Below, piece by piece: positions 24,178 through 32,000 of a DNA stretch of 32,000 bases. The position numbers and the translations under genes are program-made. Source of the DNA: Candidatus Nanobsidianus stetteri (lineage in GTDB: Archaea; Nanobdellota; Nanobdellia; Nanobdellales; Nanobdellaceae); contig APJZ01000002.1 in NCBI GenBank assembly GCA_000387965.1, forward strand, positions 120,001 to 152,000, read 5' to 3'. Under the pieces are notes generated by a model. The model was not told the DNA's origin. It did no database searches and was given only the letters and a program-made list of their open reading frames with translations. How positions within the stretch are numbered: the first letter of the stretch is position 1; every line of letters begins with the position of its first letter.

Positions 24178-24570
24178 ATGATGACAGCTCCATATGTAAA
24201 ATGGCCTGAAGATGTATTGAATACATTTATACAAAATTACGAAGCAAAAGTATATGAATTATTTGAGAGAGCAAAACAAAGTGGAAAAATTAGAAAGGGA
24301 GTAAATGAAACTACAAAGGCAATAGATAGAGGACAGGCAAAATTGGTAGCAATTGCATTAGATGTAGATCCTCCAGAAATAGTAATGCATATACCAGCAT
24401 TATGTGAAGAAAAAGGAGTAACTTATGTATATGTTTCTTCAAAACAAAAATTGGGACAATCTTGTGGTATAAATACACAAGCATCTGCGGCTGCTATAAT
24501 AGAACCTGGTGAAGGAAAACAAATTATGGATGAAATAGTAAAGGCACTTAGTACATTGTTAAAGAAGTAA
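24178..24570 (+). CDS. rpl7ae: Ribosomal protein L7Ae (K-turn binding protein)
   Basis: 130 aa; GVNETTKAIDRGQAKLVAIALDVDPPEIVMHIPALCEEKGVTYVYV. Confidence 0.9.
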   Translation: MMTAPYVKWPEDVLNTFIQNYEAKVYELFERAKQSGKIRKGVNETTKAIDRGQAKLVAIALDVDPPEIVMHIPALCEEKGVTYVYVSSKQKLGQSCGINTQASAAAIIEPGEGKQIMDEIVKALSTLLKK

Positions 24571-24617
24571 ATTTTATAAATTTTTTTATTATTATATGTA
24601 AGTTAGTATAGGTAGAG

Positions 24618-24631
24618 AAAGATTTATAAAA
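24618..24631 (+). promoter_or_regulatory. BRE/TATA-like element AAAGATTTATAAAA upstream of the 346-aa orphan gene
   Basis: Exact 14-mer. The TATA core lies about 22-30 nt before ATG 24653, implying a leaderless mRNA. Confidence 0.55.
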
Positions 24632-24652
24632 TTTTGTGTGCATATATATAAT

Positions 24653-25693
24653 ATGGCGTTAGCTGCTTATGTTAATCAAACATTAGATACACTTTTAAAT
24701 AGATATATAAGTGAAATTAGTAGATTAAAAGGACTTACTACAGATGATTTTGCAAAAGAATCACTTGATGCAGATATAAAGACATATTCTGAAATTATGG
24801 GAGCTATGAAAGAAGTTTCCTGTCAACTTGAAGGGCAATTGGATCCTAAAGTTAATAGTGATTTGAAGTATGTACTTGAAAATTTTGTAAGTAAAGCATT
24901 AAAAGATAATGAGGATCTCTCTCAATTATATAGAAAAATTTTAGATGCATATAATCAAGAAATATTTAGTAAAGGAGATGAGGCTCTTGTGATTTTACTA
25001 TCTAAAATATATTGGGAAACTCTTAAAATCTTGGGTAATCCAGATCCAATAAATGGACAATATTATCGTAATGTAAGTAGACAAGATAGAGAAAATGCAG
25101 CAAAGAATAAAGGTATAATTGAAGAATTATTAGGAGAAGCTTTACTTAGACATTGGACATCAAGAGGTAAGAAAATAACAAAAGGAGAAATTATGAATAA
25201 TTTAGCAAGTCGTGTAGTTTCATTCTATAAAGCTTGGGATGGAGTAAAAGGTAAAATAGTAAGTGATATAGAGTGGTTAACACCAAGTATAGAAGTAAAA
25301 GATGCTGTTGAGAAGTTAGTAATGGAATTAGATAAAAGCTACTTATCATTTATACAAGGATTAATAATAGCAGCATATAACAAACGTTCAGATCCAGAGC
25401 ATATAATAACAGTGCTAAAATACCTTAACGGTAAGGACTTCTTTAAGAATGTATTTAGTGAAATTTACAACGATATTGGAAGTTATATAAATCAATTACA
25501 ACCGCAAATAGCTCAATATTTACAGCTAAATCAACCAGCTGGTCAACAACAAGGACAGCAAGGTAATCAACCTCAACAGCCCCCACAAGTGCAAAATCAA
25601 CCAATGCAACCTAAAATATCAAATCTTAGTTCACCATTACAAAAGAATAATTTAAATATACCGCAACCAAAGGTTATAAAATCTTCACCATAG
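24653..25693 (+). CDS. Hypothetical alpha-helical protein with Gln/Pro-rich C-terminal tail
   Basis: The track ORF starts at GTG 24638; the first ATG is 24653 (MALAAYVNQTL...). No signal peptide, TM segment or known motif seen. The tail reads QPAGQQQGQQGNQPQQPPQVQNQPMQPK. Confidence 0.6.
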   Translation: MALAAYVNQTLDTLLNRYISEISRLKGLTTDDFAKESLDADIKTYSEIMGAMKEVSCQLEGQLDPKVNSDLKYVLENFVSKALKDNEDLSQLYRKILDAYNQEIFSKGDEALVILLSKIYWETLKILGNPDPINGQYYRNVSRQDRENAAKNKGIIEELLGEALLRHWTSRGKKITKGEIMNNLASRVVSFYKAWDGVKGKIVSDIEWLTPSIEVKDAVEKLVMELDKSYLSFIQGLIIAAYNKRSDPEHIITVLKYLNGKDFFKNVFSEIYNDIGSYINQLQPQIAQYLQLNQPAGQQQGQQGNQPQQPPQVQNQPMQPKISNLSSPLQKNNLNIPQPKVIKSSP

Positions 25694-25706
25694 TTTTTAA
25701 TCTAAA

Positions 25707-25883
25707 ATGGCAAAATTAGTTTTATTATTAGATAGACGTTGGAATGGAGGTGTTTCTACTCATTCAATAGGTTTATTATTAAGTGCTTTAGCATTAAAAA
25801 AAAATAATAGAAGAAAGATACGGAAAAGCGGAAGTAGAATTGTATTTTATTGCTCAAGAAGGGGATTTTTCAAAATTTTATAA
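25707..25883 (+). pseudogene. N-terminal fragment of the downstream glycosyltransferase in a different frame (frame change within A9 run 25796..25804)
   Basis: ATG 25707 gives MAKLVLLLDRRWNGGVSTHSIGLLLSALALKK, a GT-B/GT4-like N-terminus of the GGxxxH type. The frame then runs into unrelated basic residues and stops at 25881..25883. Removing one A joins it in frame to ...IIEERYGKAEVELYFIAQEGDF of the 25840 ORF. Confidence 0.55.
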
Positions 25884-27297
25884 AGGAGATTTTGATCAAC
25901 TATATGAAAAATATCTTGAAGGAAATATAAAAGAAATAATAAAGTATGTAACAAATAATATTTATAAAAAACCATCTAATAAAATCTCTCTAGATAGATT
26001 GATAGATGAATTGAGTAGGGATGATATAGATTTTAAAATATTTGGAAATTTAGGTTCATTCTTATTTAACTCTTTGGGTGAAAAACAAAACTTAGATAAA
26101 ATTCTTAATAGAGGTAATTTTGTAATATCTGCTCATAGTGAGTTTGCTGGAGATCTATTAACTGATATATACGAAGCTATAGTATTAAACCCATATGCAT
26201 CAAAGTATGTTAGTATAGAAACAAGAAAAAAGATAGAGGATTTATTTAAAAGAAGATTGGAAAAAGGATATACAGATGAATATGTAGCAAAAGAAGTAAT
26301 TTGGGTTTTGAATGATTTATTATATGGAAATGATATAGATTCCATCATATTTAATGTTAAAAAGGGATTTTTAGAGGATGAAGTCAAAAAATATATTAAT
26401 TTAATATCAAAATTAAAAGAGGGATATACAATATTTCCAACACATATTTTATATGAGCAGACAAATAATTTATTAAAATCATTAAATAATCTTGGATTGA
26501 ATTTATTTATAAGAAATCATATTGTAATGCATGAACCTATGTATATGGTAACCTTAGAAAGAGTTTATTCTGAAGAAGTAAATATTTACAAAGAAAACTA
26601 TAAAGAAATATATAAAGATACAGATAAAGTATGGTTATTGTATAGTGGTAGGATATCTATAGAAAGAGGTTCAAATGAGTTATTAAAATTATATGAAGAT
26701 TTAATTAAAGAAGGAAAGAAAATAGGATTAATAATTATTTCAGACAATATTCATGAAGATTCGGAATTTTATAAGAAAATATTAGAATTAGCAGATAAAT
26801 ATAAAGGTGTAGAAGTACATTTATATGGAAAGGGCTTTGGTAATTCTTTACATGAAGATCCATTATATTATATAGGATTGTTAAAATCTCTAGGAGAATT
26901 AAAGAATACTGTATATGTAAATCCAACATATTTAGAATCTTATGGACTTGCAACTTTAGAGGCATTAATATTTGGAAATTTAATTACTATATATAGAGAT
27001 ACAAGTGGATTAAGAGAATTGAAAGAAAAAGGCTATTTGAATTATAAATTATCGTTTAAGGATTATCAGGAACTAAAAAATAAAATAATTGAGGTAATAG
27101 AGGATATAAAAAATAGTAAGTATGATTCCTATATAAATAAAGATATAATAGAAGAGTTAAAAAAAGAAGTCGATCCTGAAAAAATTGCGGAAAAATATGC
27201 TAAGATAATTTATAGATATTTAGAATATTTAGAATCTGAATCTACAGAAAAAGAAATTATAGAAAATAAAAATGAAGAAGCATTGGCTGTTACATAG
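25840..27297 (+). CDS. Glycosyltransferase (GT-B fold, group 1/GT4-like), main body
   Basis: 485-aa track ORF beginning at a TTG. The C-terminal domain has ESYGLATLEALIFGNLITIYRDTSGLRE, the E-x7-E type GT1 motif. It lacks its own N-terminal nucleotide-sugar binding start (see 25707 fragment). Confidence 0.7.
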   Translation: MYFIAQEGDFSKFYKGDFDQLYEKYLEGNIKEIIKYVTNNIYKKPSNKISLDRLIDELSRDDIDFKIFGNLGSFLFNSLGEKQNLDKILNRGNFVISAHSEFAGDLLTDIYEAIVLNPYASKYVSIETRKKIEDLFKRRLEKGYTDEYVAKEVIWVLNDLLYGNDIDSIIFNVKKGFLEDEVKKYINLISKLKEGYTIFPTHILYEQTNNLLKSLNNLGLNLFIRNHIVMHEPMYMVTLERVYSEEVNIYKENYKEIYKDTDKVWLLYSGRISIERGSNELLKLYEDLIKEGKKIGLIIISDNIHEDSEFYKKILELADKYKGVEVHLYGKGFGNSLHEDPLYYIGLLKSLGELKNTVYVNPTYLESYGLATLEALIFGNLITIYRDTSGLRELKEKGYLNYKLSFKDYQELKNKIIEVIEDIKNSKYDSYINKDIIEELKKEVDPEKIAEKYAKIIYRYLEYLESESTEKEIIENKNEEALAVT

Positions 27298-27354
27298 TTT
27301 CTATTTTTTAGTAGTATTTTTAATCTTATAAATGCTAGAAATTCATTATCTTTT

Positions 27355-29637
27355 ATGGTATATATAAAGTGGTTTAATGAACTATCTAAAAATGATGTAA
27401 ATATTGTCGGTGGAAAAGCTGCAAATTTGGGAGAAATGACAAAAATAGGAATTCCTGTTCCTCCAGGATTTGCTATAACTGCAGAAGGATATTGGAAATT
27501 TGTAGAGTACAATGGAATAAAAAATAAAATAGAAGAAATATTAAAATCAATTGATATAAATAATCCAACACAATTGAGAAAAGCTGCTAATCAAATACAA
27601 GAATTATTTATAAAAGGAAATATCCCAGATGATTTGAAGAATGAAATATTAGAAAATTATAGAAAATTATCAAGTATGTTTGGAAATGAGCCAATATTTG
27701 TTGCTGTAAGATCATCAGCGACTGCAGAAGATTTACCAAATGCTTCTTTTGCAGGTCAACAGGCTACATATTTAAATGTAAAAGGAGAAGATAAACTATT
27801 AGATGCAGTTAAAAAATGTTGGGCATCTTTATGGACAGCGAGGGCAATTAATTATAGATCAACTATGGGATTTGATCAAAATAAAGTAGCTTTATGTGTT
27901 GTAATACAAAAACAGGTATTCTCAAAAAAATCTGGTGTTATGTTTACTGCAGATCCGGTTAAAAACGATTTATCAAAAATAGTAATTGAGTCTTCTTGGG
28001 GTTTAGGAGAAGCAATTGTTTCTGGTGAAGTAATACCAGATGAATATGTTGTAGATAAGAATACATTAAATATATTGGAAGTAAAAATAAATGAAAAGAA
28101 AGTTATGACAGTATATGATCCTGATTCATTTACAAAAGAAGTAGAGGTTCCAAATGAATTAAAGAATGCAAGAGTATTATCGGATGATGAAGTGAAAAAA
28201 TTGGCGAATTATGGAAAGATATTAGAACAACATTATGGAAACCCGCAGGATATAGAATTTGCAATTGATGATAGTGGTATATATATTGTACAAACAAGAA
28301 ATATAACAACAATTAAGAAAACAAAGAAAGAAGAATTAGAAATAAAAAATGAAAAAATATTATTAAGAGGTATTGCTGCTTCACCAGGTGTTGGTACTGG
28401 AAAAGTAAAAATAATATTATCTCCAGAAGAATTTGATAAATTTGAAGAGGGAGATGTATTAGTTACTGTAATGACAAATCCTGATTATGAACCATTAATG
28501 GCAAAGGCCTCTGCAATAGTTACAGATGAAGGTGGACACTTATCACATGCTGCAATTGTTTCAAGAGAACTTGGTAAACCTGCGGTTGTTGGAACAAAAG
28601 ATGCAACTAAAATATTGAAAGATGGAATGGTTATAACTGTAGACGGAACACATGGTGTTGTATATGAAGGAGAAGTAAAATTGGGAGAATTAACTAAAAA
28701 AGAAGTTGCAAGGAAAATAGTAAAATCTACACCATTAGAAATTACTGCTACAAAAATTATGGCAATCGCTGATTACCCAGAAACTGTAAGTAAAGTAAAA
28801 GATTTAGTAGATGGTATAGGATTATTAAGGATGGAATTCTTAGTATTAAGAAATAGAAAACATCCGAGATGGTATTTAGAGAACAATAAATTAGATGAAT
28901 TTACAAATATGTTAGTAGAGAGATTAGAAGAAATATTGAGAATTATGTATCCAAAACCGGTAATAGTTAGAACATTAGATATGAGGACTGATGAATATAG
29001 AAATTTAGAAGGGGGAGAAAGAGAACCAAAAGAAGCAAATCCAATGATTGGATGGCATGGTATTAGGAGAGATTTAGATCAAGAACAATTGTTTAGAGCT
29101 CAAGTAAGAGCTTTTAAAATATTGGTAAAAGAAAGAGGATTAAATAATTTATGGGTAATGTTACCATTTGTAATATCATGGGAGGAAGTATATAGAGCAA
29201 AAGAAATAATTAAAAGTGAAGGATTAATACCTGGAAAAGATATAAAGTTTGGAATAATGGTAGAAACACCTGCTGCTGCACTAACAATTGAAGATATAAT
29301 TAAAAATGTCGGTATAGATTTTATATCATTCGGAACAAATGATTTAACACAATTAACATTAGGAGTGGATAGAAATAATGAAATGGTACAAAAATTAATG
29401 GATGAAGGTCATCCCGCGGTTGTTAAGTTAATATCAAGGGTAATAAAAATATGTAAAAAACATGGGGTATATACATCATTATGTGGACAAGCTGGTTCTA
29501 GACCAGATTATGCAGAACTATTGGTAAAACTTGGTATAGATTCTATATCAGTAAATGTAGATGCAGTAGAATTAGTAAGGGAGACAGTAACAAGGATGGA
29601 GAAAAAGCTTTTATTGGATAAAATAAGAAAATTATAA
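27355..29637 (+). CDS. ppsA: Phosphoenolpyruvate synthase
   Basis: 760 aa. The N-terminus is VGGKAANLGEM, the phosphohistidine swivel is TDEGGHLSHAAIVSRELGKPAVVG, and the C-terminal PEP-utilising domain contains SFGTNDLTQ. Confidence 0.9.
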   Translation: MVYIKWFNELSKNDVNIVGGKAANLGEMTKIGIPVPPGFAITAEGYWKFVEYNGIKNKIEEILKSIDINNPTQLRKAANQIQELFIKGNIPDDLKNEILENYRKLSSMFGNEPIFVAVRSSATAEDLPNASFAGQQATYLNVKGEDKLLDAVKKCWASLWTARAINYRSTMGFDQNKVALCVVIQKQVFSKKSGVMFTADPVKNDLSKIVIESSWGLGEAIVSGEVIPDEYVVDKNTLNILEVKINEKKVMTVYDPDSFTKEVEVPNELKNARVLSDDEVKKLANYGKILEQHYGNPQDIEFAIDDSGIYIVQTRNITTIKKTKKEELEIKNEKILLRGIAASPGVGTGKVKIILSPEEFDKFEEGDVLVTVMTNPDYEPLMAKASAIVTDEGGHLSHAAIVSRELGKPAVVGTKDATKILKDGMVITVDGTHGVVYEGEVKLGELTKKEVARKIVKSTPLEITATKIMAIADYPETVSKVKDLVDGIGLLRMEFLVLRNRKHPRWYLENNKLDEFTNMLVERLEEILRIMYPKPVIVRTLDMRTDEYRNLEGGEREPKEANPMIGWHGIRRDLDQEQLFRAQVRAFKILVKERGLNNLWVMLPFVISWEEVYRAKEIIKSEGLIPGKDIKFGIMVETPAAALTIEDIIKNVGIDFISFGTNDLTQLTLGVDRNNEMVQKLMDEGHPAVVKLISRVIKICKKHGVYTSLCGQAGSRPDYAELLVKLGIDSISVNVDAVELVRETVTRMEKKLLLDKIRKL

Positions 29638-30429
29638 ATGAATAAAAGGGACATATTATATATATCTATAATATCTGTTTTTTCAATATTTTTCATATTC
29701 TTGCCAATAAATATTAATATATTTGTTAAAATTGGAGTAATTGTATTATTATATTTAATTTATTCATTAAAATATCTTCAAGAATATTTAGAATATGAAG
29801 AGATGGTCGATAATTTTCCATTATTTTTAAGAGATTTATCTCATTATTTAAAAATAGGACAACCATTACCAGTTGCTTTAAAGAGTGTATCAAATAATTA
29901 TTATGGAAAAAGATTAAATAGGGAAATTAAATATATAATTTCTGAAATGGAATATGGAAAAACTTTCTATGACGCATTAAATGATTCTGCAAATAGAATA
30001 AATAATTTGGAAATATCAGAAGTTTTATCAAATATAAATAATGTTTTAAAAAGTGGTGGGGATTTAAGTAATTTATTAGATACATTATCAGAAAGTATAA
30101 GAAATTTAGAAATGATTAAAAAGGATAGATTATCACAATTAAAGGTTACTACTTATACATATTATGGATTATTCTTTGGAGTCTTATTATCAATTATTGC
30201 AGTATATTATTTAATAATTAATATAAAATCGTTTGGTCTTACATTTAATAAAGAAACATATTATGAATTAATAAATATTTATAGATTTTTATCATTTTTA
30301 TTATTATTAATTAACGCGATTTTTACAGGTCTAGTTATTGGAAAACTTTCAAAGGGAACTATAAAGTCTGGTATAATTCATAGCATAATTTTAACAGCTA
30401 TATCTATAGGATTTTTCTTTTTATTATAA
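29638..30429 (+). CDS. Type II secretion system F-domain (TadC/FlaJ/PilC-like) membrane protein
   Basis: 263 aa. N-terminal TMs are followed by FPLFLRDLSHYLKIGQPLPVALKSV...EMEYGKTFYDALND...VLKSGGDLSNLLDTLSESIR and further TMs. The ATG follows the ppsA stop directly. Confidence 0.6.
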   Translation: MNKRDILYISIISVFSIFFIFLPININIFVKIGVIVLLYLIYSLKYLQEYLEYEEMVDNFPLFLRDLSHYLKIGQPLPVALKSVSNNYYGKRLNREIKYIISEMEYGKTFYDALNDSANRINNLEISEVLSNINNVLKSGGDLSNLLDTLSESIRNLEMIKKDRLSQLKVTTYTYYGLFFGVLLSIIAVYYLIINIKSFGLTFNKETYYELINIYRFLSFLLLLINAIFTGLVIGKLSKGTIKSGIIHSIILTAISIGFFFLL

Positions 30430-30459
30430 TTTTAAAATTTTTTCATTTAAGGAATTATA

Positions 30460-30585
30460 ATGGTATTCAAAAACTATAATGTTAAAATAAGAAAAATTAA
30501 GGAATCAAAAAAATTTATGAGACCACCTTTCTGGGCGGCAATTAAAAAATTTGGTAGAATAGTTTCACTTTATAGGTTAAAATAA
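30460..30585 (+). CDS. Small basic ORF, probable ribosomal protein L39e (short form)
   Basis: 41 aa, not in the track: MVFKNYNVKIRKIKESKKFMRPPFWAAIKKFGRIVSLYRLK. The RPPFWAAIKK segment resembles the xPxPxWVIxKT core of eL39. Abuts the taw1 stop. Confidence 0.45.
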   Translation: MVFKNYNVKIRKIKESKKFMRPPFWAAIKKFGRIVSLYRLK

Positions 30586-31614
30586 TTATACATTAGGTTC
30601 AACATTTTTTATTATAGGGTCTATATCCATTCCTTCTCTTCTATTTTTTATTAATACAATTCTTGAATCAACATCTTCTTTAAATATTTCATAACCAGGC
30701 AATTTTTCTACTAATCCTTTTGCAAAATTTCTTATATCTTCCATACTTGGAACATTTTCAAATTTTAACTTTAATCTTGAATATCCTAAGAATGAATAAG
30801 ATTTTACCTCTACAAAATGAGGATTATATATTTCAATTAATTTAGCCCATTCATCAAAATATTTAGGATCATCATTTACTCCTTTAATTAATGTTATTCT
30901 TGCAACTCTCCTTGTTTTCATTTTTGATGCAATTTCTAATGATTTTATAAACCTCTCCCAATAATCTTTGTGTATAGGAACAGATATTTTTTTATACATT
31001 TCCTTATTTGGAGCTGTAAATGATATATATAATTGTGTTGGTAATGCATTCTTTTCAATTAATCTTTCTAATGCTTCTGGAACCTGTCCAGTTGTTACTA
31101 TAAATATTGATTTTATCCATGGCCAATTTTTCTTAATATATAATATACTCTCTGCAACATATGGATATAATAATGGTTCTCCAGATAATGAAAATGTAAC
31201 ATGTGTCGGTTTATCAATAAATTTATCTAATAGTTCTTTATTTGCCTTTGGATTTCCATAATATCCGATTAATAATTTCTTTCTTAATTCTCTTAATTTC
31301 TCCATTGTTTCTTCAGGTTTATCTACTAGATCTTCTGGTAATATATTATAGTAAGGTTCAAATTTTGTATTTGGTCTCCAGCAAAATATACATCTATTTG
31401 TACACCAGACAACAGATTGTGTCATTTCCATACATCCTGCAGTATCTATTCCATAGAATTTATTTTTATAACATGTTCTTCCATTTATAATTGATTCTTT
31501 TGTCCAATGACAAATTTCAACAGCAGAATGATTGTAAATTCCATATCCAGCTTTCTCTAATTGTTTTGAAGTTTTTAAATCATGTATCTTCCATTTTTCA
31601 ATATTTTCATTCAT
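30586..31614 (-). CDS. taw1: Radical SAM tRNA 4-demethylwyosine synthase (Taw1/TYW1)
   Basis: 342 aa. The auxiliary Cys cluster is CHW...CYKNKFYGIDTAGCME and the radical SAM motif is CTNRCIFCW. Confidence 0.8.
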   Translation of the reverse strand: MNENIEKWKIHDLKTSKQLEKAGYGIYNHSAVEICHWTKESIINGRTCYKNKFYGIDTAGCMEMTQSVVWCTNRCIFCWRPNTKFEPYYNILPEDLVDKPEETMEKLRELRKKLLIGYYGNPKANKELLDKFIDKPTHVTFSLSGEPLLYPYVAESILYIKKNWPWIKSIFIVTTGQVPEALERLIEKNALPTQLYISFTAPNKEMYKKISVPIHKDYWERFIKSLEIASKMKTRRVARITLIKGVNDDPKYFDEWAKLIEIYNPHFVEVKSYSFLGYSRLKLKFENVPSMEDIRNFAKGLVEKLPGYEIFKEDVDSRIVLIKNRREGMDIDPIIKNVEPNV

Positions 31615-31649
31615 TGAATAGTATATTATATAACATGGTTATAAATCTA

Positions 31650-31698
31650 TCAGTGAACTTGGCATTCATCATTTATCAGCTGAGAAGGCTTTCTTCAC
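31650..31698 (-). ncRNA. Candidate box C/D sRNA (49 nt)
   Basis: Minus strand reads GTGAAGA(C)-aagccttctcag(12)-CTGA(D')-taa-ATGATGA(C')-atgccaagttca(12)-CTGA(D). A possible 4-bp terminal stem ATCT/AGAT lies in the flanks. Same architecture as the 12646 candidate. Overlaps the last codons and stop of the upstream CDS. Confidence 0.6.
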
Positions 31699-32000
31699 CC
31701 AGATAATTATATATCTTAAAAGATTTTATTTCATAATTTTTAAAATATTTCTTAAGTAACTCTCCAAATTTTTCTTTATTTAAGTTTTCTCCACTACACC
31801 ATGCAGCATCTATATCTATATAAATCCCATCATCTTCAGTATAACTACTTATTACTATATGGGATGTTGATAAAATTCCAGTAAATGTTATATCCTTATT
31901 TCCCTCAAAATCTGCAGGAAATAGATAAATTTTATGATATAATAATTTACTATTTAAAATTTTTGCAAGATCGTTAGAAAATTCTCCAATAACATCTATA
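31676..32000 (-). CDS. speH: Pyruvoyl-dependent S-adenosylmethionine decarboxylase-like proenzyme (SpeH family), partial; 5' end beyond the right edge
   Basis: Open at nt 32000, so absent from the track. My translation is IDVIGEFSNDLAKILNSKLLYHKIYLFPADFEGNKDITFTGILSTSHIVISSYTEDDGIYIDIDAAWCSGENLNKEKF...YLGEESLLS, with the stop at 31676..31678. It resembles the ESHxxxHTxPE...DxxTCG pattern loosely. Confidence 0.55.
   Translation of the reverse strand, partial: IDVIGEFSNDLAKILNSKLLYHKIYLFPADFEGNKDITFTGILSTSHIVISSYTEDDGIYIDIDAAWCSGENLNKEKFGELLKKYFKNYEIKSFKIYNYLGEESLLS

Noticed and set aside
24166-24185. ATGATGATATCATGATGA just upstream of and overlapping the rpl7ae start, considered as an L7Ae autoregulatory K-turn or C/D element.
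   Set aside because: No D-box partner at appropriate spacing and no obvious stem. The repeated ATGATG is explained by a short out-of-frame ATG ATG ATA TCA TGA and the genuine start codons. It is left as an untested possibility only.
1-32000. Looked for CRISPR arrays, rRNA genes, IS elements or transposases, integrases, toxin-antitoxin pairs and known defence genes.
   Set aside because: No regularly spaced repeats of CRISPR size, no rRNA-like GC-rich blocks, and no translations with transposase, integrase, Cas, restriction or TA motifs were seen. The HerA-like ATPase has no Sir2, DUF4297 or NurA-type partner that would suggest a known HerA-based defence or repair module.

Overview
Very AT-rich (about three-quarters A+T by eye), extremely gene-dense archaeal chromosome segment. 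Many neighbouring genes overlap by 1, 4 or 16 nt (ATGA and TAATG start/stop overlaps, TTAA convergent stops), and several TATA boxes sit close enough to start codons to suggest leaderless mRNAs. Most genes are information-processing housekeeping: primase, Rpo7, Spt4, RpoP, GluRS, GatD, prefoldin beta, ribosomal proteins L37Ae, S19e, L7Ae and a probable L39e, aEF-1beta, DNA ligase, deoxyhypusine synthase and Taw1. FtsZ with SepF, PEP synthase and two intact tRNA genes are also present. A stand-alone topoisomerase half of reverse gyrase, a primase whose PriS domain continues into a PriL-like FPPCI motif, the base composition and the compaction together suggest a thermophilic Nanoarchaeota-like (DPANN) genome; this is inference only. 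No CRISPR array, integrase, transposase or rRNA gene was seen. The best candidate for something undescribed is the tightly overlapping minus-strand cluster at 6.0-10.7 kb. It joins a HerA/FtsK-class (DUF87-like) ATPase to a 736-aa Asn/Tyr-rich surface protein and three small proteins with prepilin-like [KR]-[GS] N-termini, with no canonical PilB/FlaI ATPase or prepilin peptidase nearby. Other points of interest: two 49-nt box C/D sRNA candidates with identical 7-12-4-3-7-12-4 architecture, absent from the ORF track; a glycosyltransferase broken by a frame change in an A9 run; an orphan 346-aa protein with a Gln/Pro-rich tail and atypical codon choice; a roughly 380-bp non-coding gap with exact 17-mer repeats; and several unlisted small ORFs (RpoP, Pcc1-like, L39e-like). 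All functional calls come from reading the translations by eye, with no database search.
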